This document shows positions 48,213-57,946 of a stretch of DNA of 64,000 nucleotides, in pieces. Position numbers and translations under genes: made by a program. The notes beneath the pieces are model-generated. The model did no database searches, had not been told where the DNA came from, and worked only from the letters and a program-made list of their open reading frames with translations. Numbering within the stretch: position 1 is the stretch's first letter; the number at the start of each line of letters is the position of its first letter. Source of the stretch: Candidatus Micrarchaeota archaeon (GTDB lineage Archaea; Micrarchaeota; Micrarchaeia; Anstonellales; Bilamarchaeaceae); contig CAYSXZ010000047.1 of NCBI GenBank assembly GCA_964435235.1, positions 4,594-68,593 of the forward strand, read 5' to 3'.

Positions 48213-49436
48213 TCATAATATTCTAAGGAATCCTAGGAAATTGATATTTACATTAAATACTCTTGCCCACTCCCTAGCTAGCGTTAGCGTTATAAATATA
48301 TTAAGGAAGGGCAGTAGCATGCTCATTATAACAATATAATAAACACTAGACCTTATAAGCTCAAATGCAACGGATACTGCGCTGCCCACAAAGAATGGAA
48401 ATATCACTCCTCCCATCAGTAATGCCAGCACTATAAGAGCTCCGGAGACCGAAAATATCCCGCTCCTTGCTACAAAGGACTGGAGTACAGAATCTCCATC
48501 TATGAGAGTGAGCTTCATTAGCTTATGTGCTTCATAATCGAATATAAACATGAACGGATATATTGTACCAAGCGCAAAGGTTAGCATCAGCAGAGCTTCT
48601 CCAGCATTTCTCGTATACGGAACCGCTCTTAGCACCATACCTAGGGGTATAAAGAGGCCCCACATCCAGCGCTTTATAAAGCATAGCACGATTATATGGA
48701 TCATCCATTCGCTTATTGCAAGCGAGAGGTACTGGGTTGCCGTTCCAACTATATCCAGTAATGGTTTGAGGACAGGTCCGAGATTGAAGTTGTACATCGC
48801 TCGCCAGCTTACTCCTACCCACATCGTTGATGAATAAATTGTGTGGATTACCATGTTATACATAACGAGAATACTATAATTGTCTATCATTTCCGCAACC
48901 ATTGTTCTTGAGAATGCCATAGCTGCATCTAGCATATAAGGATTATGGAGGTAGAGTGGGTCTGATGTTCCGGTCGCGGATATGCTATAAAATAGATTTC
49001 CTGCGGTTATGGTTCCGATGATAAAGACAACTCTAAGGATTGTAATTATGGTTTGATATAATTCGTCCTTTGCTAGCGCGATGAGATTTGGAGACTGAAA
49101 AAATTGCCCGCCCATATAAAGTACGGCTAACGAGAAGAGGATTATAATCGTTACCATTATCGCTGGGGCAAACCATGTTTCTATTATTATGGTCGGGTCG
49201 AAGACAAATTCTGGCCCGCAATACCCTGGATCGAAAGCTGAATAGACGTTTTGGAAGAAGCCTGGCACAGTTCCTCCTGCTGTTTCAAACGAATTTATGA
49301 AAGCGCTTCCTTCTCTTTCTAATCTTTGTACCGCCCTGTCAGTAAAATGTTTGAACTCCCCGGATTCTTCTTGAGCATAAGCAATTTCTAGAAGGAAAAG
49401 AAATATCGCAAGCGATACAAAGAAAATTTTTCTCAT
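48213..49436 (-). CDS. paralogous polytopic membrane protein, family member 4 of 6
   Basis: 407 aa; signal-peptide-like N-terminus, SPNLIALAKDELYQ, GMVLRAVPYTRNAG...IYPF. Confidence 0.5.
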   Translation of the reverse strand: MRKIFFVSLAIFLFLLEIAYAQEESGEFKHFTDRAVQRLEREGSAFINSFETAGGTVPGFFQNVYSAFDPGYCGPEFVFDPTIIIETWFAPAIMVTIIILFSLAVLYMGGQFFQSPNLIALAKDELYQTIITILRVVFIIGTITAGNLFYSISATGTSDPLYLHNPYMLDAAMAFSRTMVAEMIDNYSILVMYNMVIHTIYSSTMWVGVSWRAMYNFNLGPVLKPLLDIVGTATQYLSLAISEWMIHIIVLCFIKRWMWGLFIPLGMVLRAVPYTRNAGEALLMLTFALGTIYPFMFIFDYEAHKLMKLTLIDGDSVLQSFVARSGIFSVSGALIVLALLMGGVIFPFFVGSAVSVAFELIRSSVYYIVIMSMLLPFLNIFITLTLAREWARVFNVNINFLGFLRIL

Positions 49437-49437
49437 G

Positions 49438-50811
49438 TTATATCAGCCTCGTCAATCCAGCTATCTCTATATCCCCTCCGAATGTTATCGAAAGCGACCT
49501 TATCGCAGCTATCGTTCCCAGGAGTCCGAAAAGAGAGAAAAAAAGAGAGAAAAATGTGAGCCTTGCAAGAACATCAATAAAACCACCAGGCCCCCAGTAT
49601 GAAGGACCACCAGGAATACTCTGCGCGAGCCTATCTATCAGGTTCATTCTAAAAACACTTTCACGCCAACTCTGAGATGCTTCCTGCATCCTGTTAAACG
49701 CTCTTTCTTTCTCATTATCGCTCATGCTACCAAAATTTTTACTCAAATCTATGTTTGGGGCCAATCCTCCACCCGCGCTGCCGCATCTCCCTTCTTCAAC
49801 GCATTGTTTAAATTCCTCATCGCTCATATCTTCATAAGCTCTTAGCCTTTCCTCTAGCTCTTGATTGCTAACATCCCCGCCAACCATATTTATGGTGCCG
49901 TCAACATAGAGGGTATTAGCGAGAGGAGGGTTGTGGCTTATTGGCGTCCCAAGATATCTGTTGCCTGGATTTGCAGGATCATTCTCCCACATAGGTCTTG
50001 CCTTTTCCTTCAAATCTATCAGCACCAAACCACCGAATGCGTAGAATGCGGGATAGATGAAATAAAGCGCAATTGCAATGCCGAGAAGAAGCCCGCCTAG
50101 TTTTCTAGTGAATACAAATGTCCTAAGAATACAGCCTAGTATGAGAAGGGCTGGGAAGAGGGCGACTGCGACGAACCTAAGCATGAGTTCCTGGAATTTT
50201 GTAAGGAGATTTATCTTCATCGCCCAATCGAATGCCAGATCCTTTATTAAATTACCCATCGTATAGAAGCCCCTAAACGGGTTCCATGTAAAGAAGCCCG
50301 CTTGTTCGAAAACAAATTCGATGTTTATAGAAAACTCAGCCGCGATGGATGTCCAGAGATAACTGCGATAAACTGCATAAGCAAAATCTCTTCCCTCTGC
50401 GAAAATTTCCCTTAGATAGTAAGTTGCAAGTCTGATGTGACAGGACTCAAGGTCTCCGTAAATTCCGCTCCTTGCCATACGAGGACCGCATATGTCTATT
50501 AACGTTTCATCCGGAAAGCCAGCTTCCGGGTCTCGTATCCATGTTTGAGTAGACTGCCCACCTCCCAAATTAGAAACTCCGAGTGCGCCCTGCACAATCG
50601 CATCTACAATTCCTACTGAAGATATACATAAGGAGAATACTAACGCTGAGTAGAATATCTCAAGAAGCTCCATCTTCGCCCATGTCTTCATCTTTTCATT
50701 CATAAGAAGGGAGCCTAGAGCATACACAAGGGCTACCAATGCAGTCATGATAGAGAATGCAGCTGCCGCAATCCAGCCCCAAAAAATAAACAATCCAACT
50801 ATGTCAGGCAT
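49438..50811 (-). CDS. paralogous polytopic membrane protein, family member 3 of 6
   Basis: 457 aa; KMELLEIFY, GCILRTFVFTRKLGG...IYPAF, large soluble insert, C-terminus GGDIEIAGLTRLI. Confidence 0.5.
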   Translation of the reverse strand: MPDIVGLFIFWGWIAAAAFSIMTALVALVYALGSLLMNEKMKTWAKMELLEIFYSALVFSLCISSVGIVDAIVQGALGVSNLGGGQSTQTWIRDPEAGFPDETLIDICGPRMARSGIYGDLESCHIRLATYYLREIFAEGRDFAYAVYRSYLWTSIAAEFSINIEFVFEQAGFFTWNPFRGFYTMGNLIKDLAFDWAMKINLLTKFQELMLRFVAVALFPALLILGCILRTFVFTRKLGGLLLGIAIALYFIYPAFYAFGGLVLIDLKEKARPMWENDPANPGNRYLGTPISHNPPLANTLYVDGTINMVGGDVSNQELEERLRAYEDMSDEEFKQCVEEGRCGSAGGGLAPNIDLSKNFGSMSDNEKERAFNRMQEASQSWRESVFRMNLIDRLAQSIPGGPSYWGPGGFIDVLARLTFFSLFFSLFGLLGTIAAIRSLSITFGGDIEIAGLTRLI

Positions 50812-50814
50812 ACT

Positions 50815-52362
50815 CTATCCCTTCATAACAATAAACTTTGTCATCGCATTTATAGATGCGATCGTTATAATAGTAGCTACTCCTGGAGAGAAGATACCAA
50901 GTAAGGAAACGGCTGCAAGAGACTTAAGTACTGGGAGAAAGATGGACATGCTTAGCCCGTGAATAAATCCCTCAGAGAATATCGTTTGAAATCGTTGTAC
51001 AATAGCAGAAGCGTAGGGAAGATCCATTGCGCTTATAAGGACTGGAGGTATGCTAGCGTACACGTAAATTAGGCCGCACAGACTGCTTATTGGAAAACTT
51101 AATGACGTGTATTCGGAAAGCCCAACATTTCCAAGAGCAATTGTGTTTATGAAATACGCGGTCGGAAAGATTATTTGAAAACCGAAGGCAAGTGATATTA
51201 AAAATGCACCTGCCTCGCGCGTTGGTGGGAAAAAGCGCAGAACCAAACCTGCTGGAAGAAGAAAACGTACCATTACAACATCTATAAAATTAAGTAAAAA
51301 TATCTGCACAGAAAGACTTGCGTATATCATGACAAAACCTAGTGCGAGAATATTTGTCATGGAAACGAAGGTGTCTATTCCAGGAAATACCTTAAAGGTT
51401 GGTGATAACACCTGCTCCCCTATTCTTTTTTGAAATGTGTTTAGCACTGAGGTGCATGCTTGAATGGTGTAAACATCCATCAGCGCCTTATAGACGTTGT
51501 CTGCATAACCGCGAAGTTGTTCTGCTGCCGCAAGAGGAGGGGACGAGCTACCAACTACCGCAGTTGAAATAGTACTACTAACAGCAAAGAAGCTTATAAC
51601 AAATATCAAAAGAAGAAAGGAATTAATGAGATTCGTAAGCTCGATATTCAGATAGGCCTCCCATTCCGGTACCCTGAATATCTTTGCTACGAGATAAGTT
51701 ATAAGAATTATAGAAGATATCATCAGAACAACAAAGACTACTGCGTCTCTGTATGGAGTAAGAACGACTTCCTTGCCTCCTATAGAGAAGCTAACTATCA
51801 TCATTGAAAGAATGTTGGTTGCGATGTAGAAAAGAATGATATAAATAAGCGCTGCTATAAGGGCAGACCCAAGAAGCACCTGCGACCATACAGTTGCCCT
51901 TGCCCTTGTTTCTGCACCGAAAAGTTGACCTATGGCAAACGCACCAGCTGCGATTACCACCATAATTACTATAAGGTAGAGAAGGGCGCGCTGTGCGAGA
52001 CTGCTCAATCTCTGCAATAACACAGAGAGGTCTAATGTTGGCATCCCTCCTCCTGAAAAGATTGGAACAAAAAATGAGAATAAAATTATAACAAGTGCTG
52101 AAACCCCTATAGCAGCAAGCAGCCCACCAGACCATGCTTGTATCCTTGCCCTTGTTTCTGCTCCAAAGAATTGCCCGAATACATAGCCACCTGCGGCTAT
52201 CACTGCCATCACTATCATTAACATTATCAAGATTGCTTGAACTGTATAGAAAACATTAATCGTCTCCTCCCTGGGCTCAAGAGGGGTTGTGGAAAACTGC
52301 GCAAGTGCGAGCGGTAGAAGAACAAGAAAGGCAAATACCGCAATAACTGCCATTTTATTCAT
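50815..52362 (-). CDS. paralogous polytopic membrane protein, family member 2 of 6 (N-terminal internal duplication)
   Basis: 515 aa; signal-peptide-like N-terminus; duplicated segment AAGGYVFGQFFGAETRARIQAW / AAGAFAIGQLFGAETRARATVW; GLVLRFFPPTREAG...IIFPTAYF. Confidence 0.5.
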   Translation of the reverse strand: MNKMAVIAVFAFLVLLPLALAQFSTTPLEPREETINVFYTVQAILIMLMIVMAVIAAGGYVFGQFFGAETRARIQAWSGGLLAAIGVSALVIILFSFFVPIFSGGGMPTLDLSVLLQRLSSLAQRALLYLIVIMVVIAAGAFAIGQLFGAETRARATVWSQVLLGSALIAALIYIILFYIATNILSMMIVSFSIGGKEVVLTPYRDAVVFVVLMISSIILITYLVAKIFRVPEWEAYLNIELTNLINSFLLLIFVISFFAVSSTISTAVVGSSSPPLAAAEQLRGYADNVYKALMDVYTIQACTSVLNTFQKRIGEQVLSPTFKVFPGIDTFVSMTNILALGFVMIYASLSVQIFLLNFIDVVMVRFLLPAGLVLRFFPPTREAGAFLISLAFGFQIIFPTAYFINTIALGNVGLSEYTSLSFPISSLCGLIYVYASIPPVLISAMDLPYASAIVQRFQTIFSEGFIHGLSMSIFLPVLKSLAAVSLLGIFSPGVATIITIASINAMTKFIVMKG

Positions 52363-52371
52363 ATTCTACAC

Positions 52372-53631
52372 CTAAACTAACTTTGTTATTCCTGCAAGTT
52401 CCATTTCTCCACCTATTACCCATGCGATATTCCTATACATTGTTATTGTAATTATTATCTCTATGACTGATGTAATTATTACTAAAACTATAAACTGCCC
52501 AACGTGTGATACCTCTCTAACTATAAAATAATAAAGGCCGGCCGCAACATTCGAAGGGAGAAAAGGACCGGTGAGACCGGAATAAAAATCACCCGTAAAC
52601 CCCATCATAAACTTCCAAATACCAATCGCTGTGTTAATGAAATTTTTTGCAAGATTATATGCTCCCTTCCATAACCTCTCGAAACTACACAGTATTTCAT
52701 GTCCGGCGCAGTACGTATCTCCACTGGCGACCCTCTCTGCCAGAGGCTCGGAACGGAAAAGCGCTTCCCGTTCTTCGCTTTGCTTTCTCATATCAGTAAG
52801 GGCCTTTTCTCCGGTGGCTTGGTCCACGTTAGTCTTAAAGAGCGAGAATGAGCTGAGCATCGGTGGTGGCTCTGAAGGATGATAAAGGTCGAACACGGTA
52901 TAATAAGAAAATAATACTGAAAAAGGATAGGCAAAATAAGCAGCAAAGCATAGTGCTATGATACTGGAGCCAGTTGTCCTGGAGAACGGAAATGCTCTCA
53001 GAAATATCCCTATCGGCAGAAGTATCAATGGTACCACATATTCGCAGAAGAAAAGCAGAAACTCCTTAACCCATACCGCCGCAACAAGAAGTCCTATGCT
53101 CTCTACAACGCTTGTATGAATCGTGCTCAACATCCCAAGCGATATGTAGGGCATGAAAGAGAATGAAACTATCGCTGGACCAGAGAATATAGCTCCTATT
53201 GGAAAGGAAATGGTTGAAAGAAAACCAATTAAAATCTCGTAAAGATAGAGATTCGTATAAAGACTTATGAGTTTACTCTTAAAAACAGCATTGGCCTGCA
53301 ATGCCAATTCTACATGAGTTACAGAAAGACCGCTCAATTGCGGGCCGCCAGGAATAGTAATTCCTATAAGACCTGATGTTAAGCTATTAAAAAAACCATC
53401 ACCCATTATCCATACAAATATTATGATTGCAGTAAAGATAAGAGCAGCAAATTCGTCATGAGCAACTGCAGTAAGTTGCGGGCTTTGGAAAAAATATGCT
53501 ACAAGAAAGAAAAGAGCAGTGACTACGATGGAGAAACCTAGGGCGCCGGCTATCATCCCTGTGGCTGCTTGTGGAATCGTGACTAGCAAAGGAAGTATGA
53601 AATCCATCCTAACCGCAATTGTATAAAGCAT
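52372..53631 (-). CDS. paralogous polytopic membrane protein, family member 1 of 6
   Basis: 419 aa; SPQLTAVAHDEFAAL, GIFLRAFPFSRTTG...AYPF, C-terminus GGEMELAGITKLV. Confidence 0.5.
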   Translation of the reverse strand: MLYTIAVRMDFILPLLVTIPQAATGMIAGALGFSIVVTALFFLVAYFFQSPQLTAVAHDEFAALIFTAIIIFVWIMGDGFFNSLTSGLIGITIPGGPQLSGLSVTHVELALQANAVFKSKLISLYTNLYLYEILIGFLSTISFPIGAIFSGPAIVSFSFMPYISLGMLSTIHTSVVESIGLLVAAVWVKEFLLFFCEYVVPLILLPIGIFLRAFPFSRTTGSSIIALCFAAYFAYPFSVLFSYYTVFDLYHPSEPPPMLSSFSLFKTNVDQATGEKALTDMRKQSEEREALFRSEPLAERVASGDTYCAGHEILCSFERLWKGAYNLAKNFINTAIGIWKFMMGFTGDFYSGLTGPFLPSNVAAGLYYFIVREVSHVGQFIVLVIITSVIEIIITITMYRNIAWVIGGEMELAGITKLV

Positions 53632-53676
53632 GTTAATTATTAAAACGTTGCAGATGTTTTCGAACAGAGTAAATTT

Positions 53677-53967
53677 TCAAAATTTCTGTTCCATAACGTC
53701 AAATCTCTTAGATGTATTATTAGAAAACTTATCAAGTTTATCTCCTAATTTCGTAAAGCCTTCATCCATCTTATTACCAAGCTCTTCTCTTGTCATTTTC
53801 ATCTCAGTAGCTAATTTTCTCATATAAATGGCTCCCGCTTCTATGCTTTCTCTATTTTCAATCTCTAATTTTATTTTCTCTACGAACCTTCTTATGATTG
53901 CCATATCTTCATGCTCGGCAAAAATCTCTACGGTTTTCTTGTCATCAAGGTTCTTGACCATTCCCAT
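53677..53967 (-). CDS. small coiled-coil protein heading the six-gene membrane-protein operon
   Basis: 96 aa, charged, predicted helical; ends 45 nt upstream of family member 1 on the same strand. Confidence 0.35.
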   Translation of the reverse strand: MGMVKNLDDKKTVEIFAEHEDMAIIRRFVEKIKLEIENRESIEAGAIYMRKLATEMKMTREELGNKMDEGFTKLGDKLDKFSNNTSKRFDVMEQKF

Positions 53968-54061
53968 TAAGCTATGGAGGGTGGCTATTTAAAGCCTTGT
54001 GGCTGGTAATGCTATTAGTTTTTATTTACTTTCGGATTTACTGTGTTAATCTGACAATGCG

Positions 54062-55366
54062 GTGTCCTGTATGGATAGAACACATTACATCTCAGAAGCT
54101 AAAAAAGACATAGGAAAAATTGTTAAGATAGCTGGTTGGGTGCACGATGTTCGCGACCTTGGAAAACTAAAATTTGTACATCTGCGCGACCAAACAGGGA
54201 TAATCCAAGTTACGATGAAAAAAGGAGTAGTCGATGATAGCATTCTTGAATCCATAAATGTTAATAAAGAGGATGTCATCTCGTTTGAAGGAGAGATAAA
54301 GGAAAATAGAATAGCACCAGATGGTGTTGAGCTTATCCCAAATAACTTTAAACTTCTAAATAAAGTAACTATGAAACTACCTGTTGACCCAACAGGAAAC
54401 GTTCCCTCCGAGCTCGATACCCGCCTTAATTACAGATATATAGACTTAAGAAAAAAGGAGATTAATCTAATATTCAAAATAAAATCCTTGTTAATAAATA
54501 GTTTCAGAGAGCAATTAACATCGAATGGATTTGTTGAGATACAGCCATCAGCAATAACAGGAGCAGCAACAGAAGGAGGAACCGAGGTTTTTCCGGTCCA
54601 ATATTTCGAAACGCAAGCATATCTCGTGCAATCTCCTCAACTTTACAAACAACTTGCAGTTATAGGCGGCCTTGACCGGGTAATGATTACTATGCCTGTA
54701 TTCCGTGCTGAGAAGCACAACACCACAACGCATCTTAACGAAATAACGCAGATGGATATAGAGATGGGTTTTGCAGACCACCACGATGTTATGACTGTTC
54801 TAGAGGACGTCGTACTTTATATGCTTAAAAAAACGGATGAAAGATTTGGTGAAGACATCGAAAGAACATTTGGAGCGAAAGTAACTGCACCGAAAAAAAT
54901 TCCTCGCTATACCTATAAAGAACTTGTAGATAAACTGAATTCAGAGAAATTCGAAATGAAATTTGGAGACGATTTCTCGAAAGAAGCAGAAAAGAAGCTA
55001 TACGAAATACTTAACAAAGAGCTGTATTTTATATATGATTGGCCAACTGCGGTAAGAGCGTTCTATTCTATGCCATCTGAAGAGAACGAGGAGATATGCC
55101 ATGCGTTTGATTTGGTCTATCGTGGTTTGGAGATAGCCAGCGGAGCAAAGCGTATTCACATAGTAGAAATTCTTGAAAAGCAATTGAAGAAGAGGGGAAT
55201 GAATTTGGCGAATTTTGAGTTTTATCTTAATGCATTCAGAATGGGTGCGCCGCCACACGCTGGTTGGAGTATCGGACTCGAGAGATTTGCGATGAAACTT
55301 TGTTGTCAATCCAACATTCGGGAGGCCATGCTCTTTCCTCGGGATAGGATGAGGGTTTCGCCATGA
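54062..55366 (+). CDS. aspS: aspartyl-tRNA synthetase (archaeal type)
   Basis: 434 aa; N-terminal OB-fold anticodon-binding domain (KLKFVHLRDQTGIIQV), class II motifs including FRAE and GAPPHAGWSIGLER. Confidence 0.9.
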   Translation: MSCMDRTHYISEAKKDIGKIVKIAGWVHDVRDLGKLKFVHLRDQTGIIQVTMKKGVVDDSILESINVNKEDVISFEGEIKENRIAPDGVELIPNNFKLLNKVTMKLPVDPTGNVPSELDTRLNYRYIDLRKKEINLIFKIKSLLINSFREQLTSNGFVEIQPSAITGAATEGGTEVFPVQYFETQAYLVQSPQLYKQLAVIGGLDRVMITMPVFRAEKHNTTTHLNEITQMDIEMGFADHHDVMTVLEDVVLYMLKKTDERFGEDIERTFGAKVTAPKKIPRYTYKELVDKLNSEKFEMKFGDDFSKEAEKKLYEILNKELYFIYDWPTAVRAFYSMPSEENEEICHAFDLVYRGLEIASGAKRIHIVEILEKQLKKRGMNLANFEFYLNAFRMGAPPHAGWSIGLERFAMKLCCQSNIREAMLFPRDRMRVSP

Positions 55367-56094
55367 TAATTGCGATAACTGATGATGATGGATATACAGA
55401 AGGAGTTGAAATACTATTAGATGTGGCAAGCAAGATAGGAAAGGCCTATGCAATTCTTCCAGAAAGGCAGAGAAGTGCGATTTCCATTGCGCTAACATTG
55501 CATAAACCGTTAAGACTCACTTATATTAAAAAGAATATCTATACCTTGAATGGAAATCCGGCCGATTGCACGCTTTTTGCTATCCATTCGAATGAGTTCC
55601 CAAAGCCAGATGTAATCTTCTCCGGAATTAATTGGGGGGACAACTGCGGCTTAAGCCCATTGATAAGCTCTGGAACTATAGGTGCATGCTGGAAGGCTGC
55701 TATCTACAAGGTACCAGCAATAGCATTTTCTGTTCATCGGCCACACCGAAGGTTGGGTTGGGAGAAGAAAGAGAATTGGGATAGGGAAGGATTAAAGAAC
55801 GGCGTTCTGAGGGTATGGGCTGCTCTAAAATCAAAACTTAAGAAGGGAGATTTTTATGTAGTGAATTTTCCTGAAGAGCGATATATCAAAAAAGCGAAGA
55901 TAGTTTTTTCAAAGAGGAGACAATGGATGAGAACCTTCGCAGTGATAGAGAAAAGAAAGGACCCGCACGGTAATCCTTATTATTGGTTAAGTGGAAAGAG
56001 CATAAAGCCAGAAAAGGGTACCGATTATTATGAGCTTGTAGCAAAAAAGAACATAGTCGTTACAAAGGTACCACTCGAAAAACTTTTGAAGTAA
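55363..56094 (+). CDS. surE: 5'/3'-nucleotidase SurE
   Basis: 243 aa; N-terminal IAITDDDGYTEG (SurE DDG motif), GINWGDN; overlaps the aspS stop. Confidence 0.8.
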   Translation: MIIAITDDDGYTEGVEILLDVASKIGKAYAILPERQRSAISIALTLHKPLRLTYIKKNIYTLNGNPADCTLFAIHSNEFPKPDVIFSGINWGDNCGLSPLISSGTIGACWKAAIYKVPAIAFSVHRPHRRLGWEKKENWDREGLKNGVLRVWAALKSKLKKGDFYVVNFPEERYIKKAKIVFSKRRQWMRTFAVIEKRKDPHGNPYYWLSGKSIKPEKGTDYYELVAKKNIVVTKVPLEKLLK

Positions 56095-56132
56095 AATTTA
56101 TATAAGATATTTGAACATAAGGTTATTTTTAT

Positions 56133-56204
56133 GGGCTAGTAGATCAACGGTAGATCGCCTTCTTGGCGTGGAGGAGGCTGGGGGTTCAAATCCCTCCTAG
56201 TCCA
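56133..56204 (+). tRNA. tRNA-Ala (anticodon GGC)
   Basis: Cloverleaf folded by eye: acceptor GGGCTAG/CTAGTCC with G3:U70 Ala identity pair, D-arm GATC/AACGGTA/GATC, anticodon stem CCTTC/GGAGG with loop TTGGCGT (U33, GGC, G37), T-arm GGGGG/TTCAAAT/CCCTC, discriminator A; CCA not encoded. Confidence 0.85.
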
Positions 56205-56265
56205 CAAAAAGATCCGAGTTGGGAAAATTTATATACTTATTGAGTATAATACTTATTAGGTATAT

Positions 56266-57636
56266 ATGAAATTCGTCGATAGGGAAAAGGAATTAGAGCT
56301 TCTAGCCAAGTTAAAAAGGCCGAGAATTGCAGTAGTCGGAAGGCGACGGATAGGGAAGACGACACTTGTTGAGCACGGTTGTCAAAACGTGCTAACTCTC
56401 TTTATCCCTGCTGAAAAGACCGAAGCCGAAATAATTGCTGATTGGGTAGCGGAATATCCTGAACTTCTACTTCCACGACTTGCATCTTTCAGGGAGTTTT
56501 TCGAATACCTGCTCTCAAAGGAAAGAGAGCGTACAATATTCATAGACGAGTTGCAAAATGTTCTGAAAGTTAACAGCTCTTTCATATACGACCTTCAGCG
56601 ACTTATGGATAAGCATAAGAATTGCAGTATAGTCGTTTCTGGCTCTTACATCTCATTGATGAAGGGTCTCATCGAAAAGTACAAAAGTCCCCTGTACGGC
56701 AGATTTGATTTTGTAATAAAGCTCAATGAATTGAATTTCAGAGCCGTTGTTGCACTGTGCGGTCAGCTTGGCTATTCATTTGAGGACATGATCCGTTTCT
56801 ACCTAGTCTTTGGCGGCATCCCAAAATATTACGAAACTCTTGAAAATATGGGCAGTCCATCATTTGAAGACGCTGTAAAAGCACTCTTCTTACTTTATCC
56901 ACGTCCTCTGAATGAAGAAATACGCACAATGCTCAAGGAAGAATTTGGAAAGGAACATAAGATGTTTTTTACAATCCTGACAGCTGTCGCTTCAGGAAAA
57001 AACATCCTTAAGGAAATCGCATATTACAGCGGCAAAAGGCCCACAGAGCTTACAAAATATCTAGCTTTATTAAAAGATGATTTTGACATCTTGCGAAGAG
57101 AAATTCCAGTTACAGAAAAAAAAATAAAAACAGGGCGTTACGTTATAGTCGCTAACATTTTTTCCTTCTGGTTTTATTTTGTGTGGCGGCAATATTATAT
57201 CCTGGAGAGAAATCTCGATAATGTTGCAGCTGACTTTTTTGACAAGGAAATAAATTTATATCTCGGCAGGAGATTTGAAAATTTATGCAGAGAAGCGTTA
57301 ACTGAATTAAATAGTGTAAGTCAGCTTCCATTTGAAATATCAGAGATAGGAAGGCAGTGGGGGAAGGATCACAACGGCAATCCCTATGAAATTGATCTGG
57401 TTGCTCTGAACAAAAAGACAGGTGATATACTATTTGCGGAGTGCAAATGGAGCGAGAACGTGAATGCTGAGACCGTTCTCACAGAACTCAAGAGAAAAGC
57501 TGAATTAGTTGAGTGGAACAAAGGAAAAAGAAAGGAGCACTATATAGTGTTTGCAAAAAGCTTTAAAAAACGCGTTGAAGAAGAGAATGTGTTGCTGTTT
57601 GATTTGAAAGATCTCGAAACACTATTCAAAAGGTAG
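56266..57636 (+). CDS. archaeal ATPase (Arch_ATPase, PF01637-like) with C-terminal DUF234 domain
   Basis: 456 aa; Walker A GRRRIGKTT, Walker B IFIDELQ; C-terminal EIDLVALNKKTGDILFAECKWSE DUF234-like motif. Confidence 0.75.
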   Translation: MKFVDREKELELLAKLKRPRIAVVGRRRIGKTTLVEHGCQNVLTLFIPAEKTEAEIIADWVAEYPELLLPRLASFREFFEYLLSKERERTIFIDELQNVLKVNSSFIYDLQRLMDKHKNCSIVVSGSYISLMKGLIEKYKSPLYGRFDFVIKLNELNFRAVVALCGQLGYSFEDMIRFYLVFGGIPKYYETLENMGSPSFEDAVKALFLLYPRPLNEEIRTMLKEEFGKEHKMFFTILTAVASGKNILKEIAYYSGKRPTELTKYLALLKDDFDILRREIPVTEKKIKTGRYVIVANIFSFWFYFVWRQYYILERNLDNVAADFFDKEINLYLGRRFENLCREALTELNSVSQLPFEISEIGRQWGKDHNGNPYEIDLVALNKKTGDILFAECKWSENVNAETVLTELKRKAELVEWNKGKRKEHYIVFAKSFKKRVEEENVLLFDLKDLETLFKR

Positions 57637-57670
57637 ATTCGCGATGAAAAATTAATAAAAGAGGAGATTG

Positions 57671-57895
57671 TTACGACGGAGAAATGAACGTTACAGAATC
57701 TCCTCTCAGAAGAACAGTGCCTACGCCTCTCTTAACTTCGCCGTTCTGAAGCTGTTCTGCTTTCTCGAGTACTATGTTCATATGGACATCATATGCAACC
57801 ATCACTCCACGGAACTCGTACCCTCCCTTCATACCTACAATCACTGTATTGTTCAGTGCATTGTTTAAGATATCAAACGGTCTTTTCTCAGCCAT
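57671..57895 (-). CDS. Sm-like archaeal protein (SmAP/LSm)
   Basis: 74 aa; Sm1/Sm2 motifs (VIVGMKGGYEFRGVMVAYDVHMNIVL...LLRGDSVTFI). Confidence 0.85.
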   Translation of the reverse strand: MAEKRPFDILNNALNNTVIVGMKGGYEFRGVMVAYDVHMNIVLEKAEQLQNGEVKRGVGTVLLRGDSVTFISPS

Positions 57896-57946
57896 TTATT
57901 TCACCTCAAAAATCAAAAGAGAATGTTATTCTAAGTAAATAGGTTT

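Noticed and set aside
56206-56265. AT-rich near-palindromic tatacttattgagtata / taatacttattaggtata upstream of the archaeal ATPase gene
   Set aside because: Imperfect; consistent with an ordinary AT-rich archaeal promoter/TATA region rather than a distinct element.
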